A DNA stretch of 64,000 bases from Macrostomum lignano (Eukaryota): contig NIVC01000842.1 in the NCBI GenBank assembly GCA_002269645.1, positions 1 to 64,000 on the forward strand, written 5' to 3'. Shown piece by piece: positions 1 through 25,534 of the stretch (its first letter is position 1; every line of letters starts with the position of its first letter). The notes under the pieces were generated by a model. The model did no database searches and was not told the DNA's origin. It saw only the letters and a program-made list of their open reading frames with translations. Both the position numbers and the translations under genes were made by a program.

Positions 1-45
1 TCGCTTGTATTGCAGACAGATTCTCTCTCAGCTTCAGATTAAAAA

Positions 46-2628
46 CTAAACTACAGATCCAGAGATTCTAAACTACAGATCCAGAGATTCTAAACTACAG
101 ATCCAGAGATTCTAAACTACAGATCTAGAGATTCTAAACTACAGATCCAGAGTTTCTAAACTACAGATCTAGAGTTTCTAAACTACAGATCCAGAGATTC
201 TAAACTACAGATCCCGAGTTTCTAAACTACAGATCCCGAATTTCTAAACTACATATCCCAACTCTAAACTACAGATCCCGAATTTCTAAACTACAGATCC
301 GAGAGTTTCTAAACTACAGATCCGAGTTTCTAAACTACAGATCCCGAGTTTCTAAACTACAGATCCAGAGTTTCTAAACTACAGATCCCGAGATTCTAAA
401 CTACAGATCCAGAGATTCTAAACTACAGATCCAGAGATTCTAAACTACAGATCCAGAGATTCTAAACTACAGATCCAGAGATTCTAAACTACAGATCCAG
501 AGATTCTAAACTACAGATCCGAGATTCTGAACTACAGATCCCGAATTTCTAAACTACAGATCCCGAATTTCTAAACTACAGATCCCGAATTTCTAAACTA
601 CAGATCCCGAGTTTCTAAACTACAGATCCCGAGTTTCTAAACTACAGATCCCGATTTCTAAACTACAGATCCCGAGTTTCTAAACTACAGATCCCGAATT
701 TCTAAACTACAGATCCCGAATTTCTAAACTACAGATCCCGAATTTCTAAACTACAGATCCCGAGTTTCTAAACTACAGATCCCGAATTTCTAAACTACAG
801 ATCCCGAATTTCTAAACTACAGATCCCGAGTTTCTAAACTACAGATCCCGAATTTCTAAACTACAGATCCCGAGTTTCTAAACTACAGATCCAGAGATTC
901 TGAACTACAGATCCCGAATTTCTAAACTACAGATCCAGAGATTCTAAACTACAGATCCCGAGTTTCTAAACTACAGATCCCGAGTTTCTAAACTACAGAT
1001 CCCGAGTTTCTAAACTACAGATCCCGAGTTTCTAAACTACAGATCCCGAGTTTCTAAACTACAGATCCCGAATTTATAAACTACAGATCCCGAGTTTCTA
1101 AACTACAGATCCCAAGTTTCTAAACTACAGATCCCGAATTTCTAAACTACAGATCCCGAGTTTCTAAACTACAATCCAGAGATTCTAAACTACAGATCCA
1201 GAGATTCTAAACTACAGATCCAGAGATTCTAAACTACAGATCCAGAGATTCTAAACTACAGATCCAGAGATTCTAAACTACAGATCCAAGTTTCTAAACT
1301 ACAGATCCCGAGTTTCTAAACTACAGATCCAGAGATTCTAAACTACATATCCCGAATTTCTAAACTACAGATCCAGAGATTCTAAACTACAGATCCCGAA
1401 TTTCTAAACTACAGATCCCGAGTTTCTAAACTACAGATCCCGAGTTTCTAAACTACAGATCCCGAGTTTCTAAACTACAGATCCCGAATTTCTAAACTAC
1501 AGATCCCGAATTTCTAAACTACAGATCCCGAGTTTCTAAACTACAGATCCCGAATTTCTAAACTACAGATCCCGAATTTCTAAACTACAAATCCCGAGTT
1601 TCTAAACTACAGATCCCGAATTTCTAAACTACAGATCCAGAGATTCTAAACTACAGATCCCGAGTTTCTAAACTACAGATCCCGAGTTTCTAAACTACAG
1701 ATCCCGAGTTTCTAAACTACAGATCCCGAGTTTCTAAACTACAGATCCCGAGTTTCTAAACTACAGATCCAGAGATTCTAAACTACAGATCCCGAGTTTC
1801 TAAACTACAGATCCCGAGATTCTAAACTACAGATCCAGAGATTCTAAACTACAGATCCAGAGATTCTAAACTACAGATCCAGAGATTCTAAACTACAGAT
1901 CCCAAGTTTCTAAACTACAGATCCCGAGTTTCTAAACTACAGATCCAGAGATTCTAAACTACATATCCCGAATTTCTAAACTACAGATCCAGAGTTTCTA
2001 AACTACAGATCCCGAGTTTCTAAACTACAGATCCCGAGTTTCTAAACTACAGATCCCGAGTTTCTAAACTACAGATCCCGAATTTCTAAACTACAGATCC
2101 CGAGTTTCTAAACTACAGATCCCGAGTTTCTAAACTACAGATCCCAACCCTCTAAACTACAGATCCCGAATTTCTAAACTACAGATCCCGAGTTTCTAAA
2201 CTACAGATCCCGAATTTCTAAACTACAGATCCCGAGTTTCTAAACTACAGATCCCGAGATTCTAAACTACAGATCCAGAGATTCTAAACTACAGATCCAG
2301 AGATTCTAAACTACAGATCCAGAGATTCTAAACTACAGATCCAGAGATTCTAAACTACAGATCCAGAGATTCTAAACTACAGATCCAGAGATTCTAAACT
2401 ACAGATCCCAAGTTTCTAAACTACAGATCCGAGTTTCTAAACTACAGATCTAGAGTTTCTAAACTACAGATCCAGAGATTCTAAACTACAGAACCCGAGT
2501 TTCTAAACTACAGATCCCGAGTTTCTAAACTACAGATCCCGAGTTTCTAAACTACAGATCCCGAATTTCTAAACTACAGATCCCGAATTTCTAAACTACA
2601 GATCCTGAGTTTCTAAACTACAGATCCC
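46..2628. repeat. Minisatellite array, 21-22 bp unit (CTAAACTACAGATCC[C/A]GAG[T/A]TT)
   Basis: Over 100 near-identical head-to-tail copies are visible directly, with no unique spacers. Confidence 0.97.
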
Positions 2629-4108
2629 AAAAAAATTAAAACTCCCAAAAAAGTTGCATGATGTGGGTAGTTTTTTCTCCTAGCCACTATAGACTTTGTC
2701 GGGTTTCTTTTTGAGAACTTCTTCGACTTCAGAGCACAGTTTCATGCGACTACCGTGTTAGTACACCTGACCCGAAGACATGCAGGCTCGCGTGATCCGG
2801 TGCTTCAACGTGATCCGCGGTTAAGCCTCTCTCTCCTGATTAGGTGCTGGTCGCAGTTGCCCTGTCCTCATCTTCTCAGAGCTGTTTTGGGTATTTTAAT
2901 TGAATTAACTAATCTGCCTAAGGATGGGCCCTGTCAACTAGAGCCTTAGGCTTTGCGTAAGAGTTGCTAATTAAAAAAAATTTTTTTGCTCAAGTTTTCC
3001 GGATCAAATTAGCCTTATTTTTTAGTTTTATCAGGCCTTCCTTTCCTATTGCGTAGAATTTCACTACACCATTCCTCCCCTCGAATTTTACGATGTTATT
3101 AAATGTCATTAAGAAATTCCTAACAATAGGCCGTTTACTTCGCACGAGGTAGCTGTCCCATTTATATAAGTCCATTCCAATGTCCTACCAGACCTCCCAG
3201 TCTAAATCCTCTTCCTCTCCCTCTCCTTCTCTCCTCTGTCTCCCTCTCACTCCTCTGTCTCCCTCTTCCTATCTCAGACTCCTATGTTTCCCTCTCACTC
3301 TCTCCGGTCTTCCTCTCCATCTCTTATCTATCTCCCTCTCTATCTGCACCCACTCAACTTATTTTCTTAAATCGTCTCCATTTCTCTTTTTCTCATCACT
3401 CCGTCTTTACTCTTTTTATCCCCATTTATCTCCCAGTTTCTCTTATATATTCATTTCCTACGGCTCCACACTGCCGCAGTCTTGGATGCGAAATATCTGT
3501 CCTGCAGAATCCGAGCCCAATCCATCATCCTCCACAGGCCGAACGTGAAAAAAGGCAGAAAAATCCAAACGAACTAAAGAAGATTATTTCCTAGGGCCGA
3601 TAATCCTGTGGCCTAGAAATCGGTCAGTTTGTAAGGCTAATGCCCCGTCTTTAATACGAGCAATCGGAATAACAATAACTTCGCCTTAAACTCCCCAGCA
3701 GACTACATAACCATTTGGTTCATTGCCTCCCTACCCAAAAAATGTTAACGACTAGAGTGGTTTTTGTCGGTAGGCTTGATTGTTAATCCGCCTCGCGCTA
3801 CACAAAAGCGAAGATTTGCACTTACTATTTACAACTATAGCTGTTTCAGCAGACCACCTCAATTCGCGTGTTACCCTGCATAATTATCCTTTAATCTTGA
3901 GGTCGCAGAAATCATGTCCAGAGCTGTGCGATCCCCCTGCTGCCCTCGCGGCTCTGTCACTCCCTCTGCAGCGATCTGAAGTTGCTTCTGTTTTGTGTCC
4001 GACCGACCAAAGTCGATTTTTATAAAGAGCCGGGGCGAATTCCCCTTGGGGAAGGGCGTGAGGTTGGGACCCGACAAGAGCTATAAAAGCGTCTGCAGTC
4101 CTTGCAAT

Positions 4109-4116
4109 TGACGTCA
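4109..4116. promoter_or_regulatory. Perfect CRE palindrome TGACGTCA upstream of PDE4 candidate exon 1a
   Basis: The exact 8-mer is present. Function is inferred. Confidence 0.4.
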
Positions 4117-4278
4117 TCTGCTTCCTTGCCGCCAATCGGTCCCTGTCTACTTCATTCCTTTTAGTGCTATTTTTAGCTAAAAATACTTTCTTATCCAGTT
4201 CTGCTACTGTTAGTAGGATAACTTGAGTCAAATGACTAAAAAGGTAGATACGCAATTACTCAGTGACAGAGTTTTCAT

Positions 4279-4605
4279 CAGAGGCAGGGGCGCACTTTAA
4301 GCGACATTGACCGGTGAAGAGGCATTGCTGCCCGTTCCGCCGACTCCCCTGAGCAGGAATACAAGCGCGCGGATACGTACGCAGGCACACACTCACACAG
4401 GAGTGTACAGCGGCCCTAACTTTATTTATCGTTAGGCATGTACACTTCACTGTGCCTTGGGGAGTTGGCCCTCAAGGCGTTAATTGCACGAGCAGAGCCA
4501 GGCCGAGATTCCAATTCAGCCCCAAATTAATGTGACTGCACTTGGAATCGAGCCTGGGTCGCTGGCACACCAGAGCGCGGCTCTGGACCACTAGGCTACG
4601 GCCCC
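4279..4605 (-). mobile_element. tRNA-derived SINE, family A
   Basis: The minus strand starts GGGGCCGTAGCCTAGTGG (A box) and has GGCTCGATTCC (B box). The body is nearly identical to copies at 47721-48080 and 59120-59404. Confidence 0.85.
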
Positions 4606-5164
4606 ATTGAGGAACTGACTTATTCTATGACAGACAGACTTACTTACATGTATGTGACTGCCGAAGAAGTCAATGTGACAAATAAAAAACGCAGAATAGC
4701 AAAAACTCTAGCTTAAAATTTCTGATTATAAAAATAAACCAACGAATATTTCCTGGAAATGTCACGTGCTCAAATTTCTAATAACAGAGAAATGTGCCGC
4801 AGGCACGGCTCTCTTGCAACTGCCTCGCATGAGTTGGGATCGCAGAGGGTCACGAGGAGGCATGGGGCTGACTAGTTGCCCCTGACAACCAAGCGACTCG
4901 CAGATTCTGGACGGCCTTGAGAGGAAGAACGCGAGAGGCTGAGAACGCGGTATCGAGGAAATCAATAATTCAGACCACCTATGATCAGGGAGAGGGTTTG
5001 GAAATAGGGATAGGTGCCCAGTGAGTAGAGAGGCAATATAAGTAGTTATGGGAAGACGGAGAAAATGTGTAGGTTTAGTATATATCTCTGCCCCCAAGGC
5101 TGTGAGAACTGACTTCCTCTAATCCAAAAAAACTTGCTGCTCACGAAGCTCAGACGCATCCGCA

Positions 5165-5349
5165 ATGCAGTCGCACAGTGTGGTGCAGAAGACCAGCTCA
5201 TCGCCAGGCACTGCGGTCTCCGGAACAGCCGCCAGATTTCGTCGAGTACATTTTCTAAGAAAGAGGAGCATCTCAGCTCCCATGCCACCCAGGATTGCCG
5301 CCCTGTTGCCGCAGTGTAGGAATGGAGCTCTATGCCCAGGTGACAACAG
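5165..5349 (+). CDS. PDE4: Candidate alternative first coding exon 1a of PDE4 (MQSHSVVQK...RRVHFLRKRSISAP...PGDN)
   Basis: ATG-initiated ORF ending AG|GTAGGT in phase 2. Splicing to the phase-2 acceptor at 9270 rebuilds AG+C=Ser and gives S-FDEN, matching the conserved PDE4 SFD(V)(D/E)N junction. Confidence 0.55.
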
Positions 5350-5718
5350 GTAGGTGAGGCAATGACAGGCCGGCTTGATTTCCAGAAGATTCTTGATAAA
5401 AAAACAGACCCGAGTTTCTATAGTAGCGAATGCTGCTGCAGCTGAATAGAGCCAAAAATCGTTTGTTAGATTAAATTGGACAATGCGACCGGAAACTCGC
5501 TTGACTGAATCGTCTGAGCATGCCCCGCAACAGTGCAGATTCTCGGTTGTAAAGCAGAGCATGAGCTGATTATTATTCTAGGCTTCCTAGACGTCACAAG
5601 TGTACTTTCTCAAGTTAATGCATGTCTTTCTCTATGCAAAATAGGGTAGGAAAAAGTAGTGTCCAATTTTGCATGACAATAGTAATGAAAAACATAGAAA
5701 GGTAAGCCCCTTAGTTTT

Positions 5719-6045
<327 letters not shown>

Positions 6046-6059
6046 TTATACATTACGTT

Positions 6060-6067
6060 TGACGTCA
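6060..6067. promoter_or_regulatory. Perfect CRE palindrome TGACGTCA upstream of PDE4 candidate exon 1b
   Basis: The exact 8-mer is present. Function is inferred. Confidence 0.4.
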
Positions 6068-6846
6068 CAATGCCCCATGTCTGCACCCAAATGCACGGCC
6101 GCAAGCTCTAATTATTAGCTTGGCTCGCTCATAATTAGACAGCACAGCCACTGGCCTCCTTTGCCAAGTCGAGGCTCCACCCAGAGACGCGCAAGACTAT
6201 TAGCCTTTTGGCATGCTCACTTGAAAGCGGGGGGGGGGCGGCCTTCTCATTTCGACAATATCTCGGAATCCAATCTGCGTTTCTAGTTTCCTTTCTAACT
6301 GAATTCTATTGTATTGAGCACCGATACAGTCACGCAATCATCTGTTACATCCGCGGGTCGCATGGCAAGTATTTAAACCCACCGAGCTAGCTCTTGTACG
6401 ATTCACTAATCAGATCTACTACGCTCGTACAGTGCCAAGCCTTACCCTTATTCAGTCACATGCTGACTCCAAGGAAGCGATTTCTCTTGCGAACTTCAAC
6501 GATCAGTCTGTCGCGTTTGTCGTCGCACAATGTAGTAAAACGTGGCGGTAGGTCAGCAAACGCTAGCAGCCTTGGGGCGTCAATCGAGGCGACTGGGAGC
6601 GAACTGGAAGGTACCGACCGAAACGCGTATTTCTTTTACTTTGATAAGCGACATTATTTGTTAATAGTTTGAGTTCAATTAAGTAAAGGTGGCTCGGGTA
6701 ATGAATTACCTACCTACCGACAAACCATTTTTAGTATATGAGAAACCAGCAATCAGCGCCCCCTGTTGCGGAGACAACAAATAATGGAATGAAACTTTTT
6801 GAATAAACTACATGCAGCATCTGACCCCTCAGCCTTGACATCTTAG

Positions 6847-7016
6847 CAATTCCCCCCCCGTAAGCCTTGACATCTGAACAATTCCTCCAGTAAGCCTTGA
6901 CATCTGAACAATTCCTCCAGTAAGCCTTGACATCTCAACAATTCCTCCAGTAAGCCTTGACATCTCAACAATTCCTCCAGTAAGCCTTGAAATCTCAGCA
7001 ATTCCCCCGTAAGCAA
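6847..7016. repeat. 30-bp tandem repeat, about 5.5 copies (CAATTCCTCCAGTAAGCCTTGACATCTGAA)
   Basis: Directly visible. It explains the LLEELLRCQG repeat in ORF 6843-7070. Confidence 0.92.
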
Positions 7017-7766
7017 TCGTTGATCCTTTAACGGCATACTGCTTTTCGATTCAGTGAGATAGAATGACATCCACTTCTACAGTTCTTAGCTGCCTTTTTA
7101 CATACTATTCGCATTAGGTAGCTTCGCTAGACACCTTTCAGAGCCTAACGGTTTTTTAGTCCGGGTTTATGCTTTTGAGGTTACAGTCGTAACCTACGTT
7201 TGTTTGTAAGTTTGGAGCTTAAAATAGCACAAGACAGTCGAAGGTCCCTGAAACTGAACAACTCCCAGTATGATGCGCTTGATGCGCTCCACTAAGCCTC
7301 GTTCCTCGATCATGTGTATTTATTAGTTGAAAATCGATTCTTAATGAGCGGGATTAACACTGACAGTGTGTTGCCAAAGTGGCAGTGGCTTCACAGACAG
7401 TAAGGTTCATTACAGCCGCATATCGTTATGCTAGTGGTACGAGTCTAGCACTTCCGATCCGGGGAGAGGGGGGTGGTCCCAAGCGTATTTCTACTGCATG
7501 AATTTGCGATTGGGACTATTCACTCGAGGTACAGCTCCACGATACACCAGCGCGCTCACAGAGGCCGCTTAATGTTCAGTTGGGCACAGTTCAAACTGCA
7601 GTCAAATACAGCAAGTCAGCAACCAATAGGAAATGCTGAATGCTTTTCACTGGCCTAAAATGAGTCAAGAGAAAAGGCAACGCAAGTAGCCGTCGAAAGA
7701 AGAGAACAACTTGCGATACAGTTGGCTGGTTGTTGCTAGTAACGTCTTTGCTAGTCGAGACTCAGA

Positions 7767-8068
7767 ATGAGTCTAACGCCGCTACTGGAGGATTCAAAAT
7801 CGTCAGATCCGTCCATCGATCCAGCGTCAGTCAGGGAATGGACTGAAACCGAGGAGCTGCCACCAGAAGAGCTGGTGCACTATGAGACGTCCGTGATACC
7901 GACCGCCGGCGGGGACATCACGGTGACAAAGAAAACTACTCGAAGGCGTCGAGTAAGGATAGTAAAAAATGTACAACAGTCAATGGTGCCACTATCGAGC
8001 GTCGTAAATCCGAACGCTGTGCTCACGTCTAGTACGCTGAAAGTGACGAGGACTCGACAGTTGCTGGG
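7767..8068 (+). CDS. PDE4: Candidate alternative first coding exon 1b of PDE4 (MSLTPLLEDS...TKKTTRRRRVRIVK...RQLL)
   Basis: A 100-codon ATG ORF with a phase-2 donor GG|GTTAGT at 8069, compatible with the UCR1 exon acceptor at 9270. No homology was recognised. Confidence 0.45.
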
Positions 8069-9269
8069 GTTAGTTGGCTGATGTCGTGTATAGCGCTATA
8101 GCCTAAATGAGGTGGTGAGATAGTACAGTGTTAAGTGTGCTGTAATGAGCTTTACCCTATGGTTACTGGTGGCTCATACTGTCTCAAAACTACTTTTCTA
8201 AGCATGGCACAGTTACCATTCGTCACATAACTGGGTTTCTGATAGCTGCGAAAGCAACTTTTGCAGCATTTTCACAACTCAAACTTTCAAGGTTCCGGGT
8301 CGATTTTTTTCAAAGCTGCCCCTTTCTGCATATTATTAAACTTTTTTATTTTCCTAATACTTGGCAGGCCCTAGAAAATTTGATTAAACTTGCAAAACAT
8401 CACGCTTTTTTGACTGCTTGACAAAGAAGTTCCAGAATCTTCGTTTGTAAGAATATTTGCAACAAGGAAAATTCTTAGCCAAGTTCCACAAGCCAATATT
8501 GAAACGGAATTAGCCTGAGTGAGCTCAGCTTCTCTTCTATTCCTCAAGAAGCTTTGCATCAATCAATCAGACGGGAAACCCGCACTCGTGGAGAAAAAGT
8601 TTTCTTTGAGAATCCTGCCGTTGCCTGAATTATGCCGGGGTTTTATATCGCGAGCACTTCAAGCGCGAGAAATTGTTCGGCTTTGCTCGAGAGGAGGAGG
8701 GGGGCAGGCATTTTCCCATGTTGGTATGGGAGCTCTAAAGTCTTAGGGATCCATCGAGGTTTGACGACTTAAGCCCCATCGATTCCCCCCCCCCCTACTC
8801 CTTCTCAGTGCCTGATCGGATTATTCACGGAAGCTGCTCAGCCGGGCACTGCTTCTGTACTCTGCTGCATTACTTTGCATCATTATTTGCCGATAAGAAA
8901 GCGGTATATAGATGGGGTAGTAGTGATAGATCAGGCTGAGGCTTAAGAGGACGAAAGGAGGAAAGAAAGTTACAGAATCTTCCCATCGACTGTTCTTCAG
9001 GCGTTAGCTGGAAACCAAATACAGGCACATAAACCATCTTTGAAAGGTCACGTGAAAACTAAGTTGAGGCACTAATATTTTTTACTACAAGTATAATAAA
9101 CTTGCTAACTTTAATATTTAGCTGCGAGGCAGAATTGCCTCGGTGATTGTGGTGACACGATATCGCCGAGAGGCGTTGCTCATACTCGTTCTGTTTGTGA
9201 CAATAAACTGTTTCTACCAGCCGCGACAAACGCTTCTCCACACACCCACAATGCTCTCCAATCATGCAG

Positions 9270-21820
<12,551 letters not shown>

Positions 21821-23019
21821 ACGAAACCAATAATTTTGAGCCCCAGGCCCCTCCACAACCCATGAAGTACTCTCTATGGGAAGATTATCCCACTATCAGA
21901 GTACTTATACTCAACTGTTGCGACACGATCGCTGATGAAGATGGTTACAATTTAGGTTATTACATTTGTGAAGCTTTTTCCTATCGTATTTGACATTCAA
22001 TCACTGAAGCTGTGTAACCACCGTTGTCTTTGTGTGGCCTGCATGTCTCCACCAACTTATTGACGCACCTTTGTCAAGGTTTTATTCAGTTGGACAGGAA
22101 ATGTAAGTTGACCATGAAAATGGCAGTGAGAACAGTGAAGTGAAGGCCGTGGGCAGACTGCTTCAGTTTTTAGCCGTTCCCCAGTGTCGAATGTGTGTCA
22201 GTCCAAATTCACACAACTTGAAAAAATATTGCGTTTTGTAAATCGCTGCTTTAATCCGCGACGCCTGTCTCTCTCTCTCTGTCTCTCGAAACTAATATAT
22301 ATTGTTGCTTTACGTCCATACTCTCTAATATTATTCTATAGACATCACCTGCTATTTTTTCTGTTGCGTTGTGTTAACTCAAATTGGCTAGCGAGGAGAC
22401 GGTCTGCGATTGTCTGTGTTCTTCCCTCGTTGGAACTTGGCCAGTTACAATAGCGCTAAAGCAGATAGCCGAGGCGACAATGGAACTTTAATTGCTTTCT
22501 ATTCTGTATGACGATAATTAATATCATATATTGAGACATAAAAGGACAAGCAAACCTCAGAAAATCGCGCATTCTAATCCTATTTTTATGCCTGATATTT
22601 TTCTTTGTTTGTAAGATGCTTTGCACTGTATTCTACTAGGCTACTGGCGTGTTTTTCTTGAACTGCACAAAGTTGCAAACACTTTAAAAAGTGAAAAGTG
22701 ACATATTTGCTTTGTACGATATACTGTCTCATCTCTCCCAAAAAACCCGGAAATATTTGTGCGCGAGTTTTAGTGAGATCAGAATTGCTGGCTTTACTGT
22801 TTGCTTTTTATTGTGCTCATCAGCTCTTGTGTATTGTGAATAAACTGTGAGTGTCTTCATATCAGATTTTGACGAATATATGTTTGTGAAAAAGATGCAC
22901 AAATAAATGCGCATCGTACTACTAACTATCAGCTTTTTTATAGTAGTAAGTTAGTTTGTTAATTTTAAAATATAAAAGTCGAAACATAATACGGATTATA
23001 CAATACGTCTATCAATATA

Positions 23020-23115
23020 TAAATCTATCTACCGTATCTATCCATCTATCTATCCATCTATCTATCTATCTATCCATCTATCTTTCTATCTATCTATCAA
23101 TCAATCAATCTATCC

Positions 23116-23175
<60 letters not shown>
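23020..23175. repeat. Degenerate (TCTA)n microsatellite
   Basis: Directly visible. Confidence 0.9.
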
Positions 23176-23176
<1 letters not shown>

Positions 23177-25534
23177 CACGTATACATCTATGTATGCGTC
23201 TATCTGTCTATCCATCTAGATTTAGATACGCGCTAAGATGTCGAGCCACACAATCCAGTATTAGCTAGTATACTGTCCTATTTTAAGCCGCTAATCTTTA
23301 AATTATCACAGTACGAAGTCTCTTGCGACCGCCGCGTAATCTGTCTATCCAGCATCCGGCTAGCTGTGGTCGATACATGTAGTCATGAAATCTTCATCAG
23401 TTTAAATAATTTGAGGAAGTTGTTTTACACGCAACCAGTGCTGTATCTGGCTGCATGCTTATGTCGGAGCAAGACAGCTGGGTGTCTTTCCTTTTAGGAA
23501 ATGAATCATTACGCAGGAAAGATCCGTAAAGTCGACTGACCCGCAAATGCTCAAAATTAGCTTTATATCTGATTTGTGCTGGAACGAGCCAACAGCACAT
23601 AATCTGAGTCTCACATCTCTCCCGGGGCTGCAGTGCCTATTTTTAGCACCAAAACAGGATCAAATTTCAAGCCGAGAACTGTGGAGTCGCGATCGCCACG
23701 GGGTGCATGCACGCCAGCTTGTTTTTTTGCTCCACGCGATCCGGCATATGAGCTCCTGAAGGCAGGCATAGCAACAGTATGAAATTGGACCCACTGGGCC
23801 TGATCGTTGGCCCTCGGCATGACAACCGCGGTCCAGCCGCGCGTCCTGCATGGTTAGTTGGGGCTTCGCGTCCATTTTCTAGATTATTCTTTCCTTTTTT
23901 AGATGCCAAATCAATTAATAGCTCCTCCGATCTCTGTCCCCGTGTTCAGTAATAATACTAGCTGCCAGTCACTAATGGAGAAAGAGAGAAAAGTAAGTTT
24001 CCTGTTCAAGTCGTGGTCCATCATGCAAGGAAATGGACTGCAGGTTCTTATAAGCGACTCAGCAGCTTCTTTGCTCTCCGTGTTCTGTCTAATTCGACAT
24101 TGACCGAATAACGAGCTGCAAAAAGAAGAAATCCATACAGCTCATCCATGATGCTCATGACTGGTTGGTTGACTGGCTGGTTTTTGATGCAAAATAATCA
24201 TCCTATCGATGCGTCGCTCTCGAACGTTTCATATGGTAGAACCAAGTTTAAGTAACTCTCATTCTCGTCAGTTGATTACACGAATTTTGAAATTTTTACT
24301 GCAACTTACGAGTACATCGTACTGTAAAGTCGAAAGTCGATGATTAAATGTTTCAACAAAAATGATGCTAACTACTAACGGCCATACGGAACATGGACTC
24401 AACAGTTAAGTCAACAATGTCCCGCACTTTCATTGTATTCAAAACCAATTGCCATTTGTTGTACGAAATAAATGATTACACATTAAAATGCCCATGACAG
24501 AAAAATTGCGGAAACGTAATGACAAAGAATATAGTAAATGATATGCCTATGTTTGAAAATGTTAGGTATAAATAGCGATTAGCGAGAAAATCATAAAGAT
24601 ATTAAGAAGCAGCATGAACTGGTTAAGAGGTAGACTGGAGACGCAGCTGGATGTAATGAAAATAAATTATGAACATTAAATTTCGCAAAACTTTATACAT
24701 GTACGAGTGGTACACACCATAAAACTTAATTAACAAAAGAGCAGAAAAAAATCTTCTCAAACACAGATTGCAAAGTAAATTATGACTGACAGGTTGAAAC
24801 CAATATTTTTACGAGTTCATTAAATAATATTCTCAATGTGTATAAATTAAAAAAATGAATTCTTTGTTATAATTTACGTTCGCATTGATAAAACATAACG
24901 GACGCAAAGCGGGAGGGATCACCAGACAACAAGCGCGATTAATAAATAATTTTTAGCATCGATATGACAAATTAGCGTTATAGCAGAAACATTGACGCAG
25001 ATATTTTCGCTCTGACAGTTATAATCATCTGCATAGTGGCTATTCGTACGTTAGTATCTCGATTGCTCAAACGTAAAAAAGTGTCTCGTTAAAACAAAAA
25101 CTGGTTTATTTCCAAAACGGAAAAATCTCCCTTTTTAAATAAAAAATAAAATTACTAAATAAAGAATGAATCTCTAAAATTTTTCAAACCCCTTTCTTCA
25201 GACTACCCGTACGAATGGCCCACTAGAAGCAGTTATCTAAGAAAATAACAGTCAATCATTTTTACCAACAAACCGATCAGTCATTAATTTAACAACAAAT
25301 AAACGATTTAGCAATTAGGAAATATAATTCAACTAAACTCCAGGTGATATAGCTTCAGTCAATTCATCAGTTAGCCTACTAAACTCATAAACTGTAAGAA
25401 TATTTGATTAGCAAAGTTATATCGACGAATCGTTAAACCGTTAAAATGAAACGGACGATATAAGTTTTAAAAAATCGTTGTTAAAACCAACTCAAAAGGT
25501 TGCAAGGTATTTCACTTCGTTGCTATCGTCTTTT

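Noticed and set aside
9221-9269. Upstream acceptor at 9220 for the PDE4 UCR1 exon, and ORF 9143-9424
   Set aside because: The acceptor at 9269 places the conserved S-FD exon start in phase with both candidate first exons; ORF 9143-9424 is in a different frame from UCR1.
23397-24103. Cluster of short overlapping ORFs in a GC-richer patch between PDE4 and the innexin
   Set aside because: No recognisable domain or consistent exon chain. Left unresolved; it could be a decayed element or an unrecognised exon.
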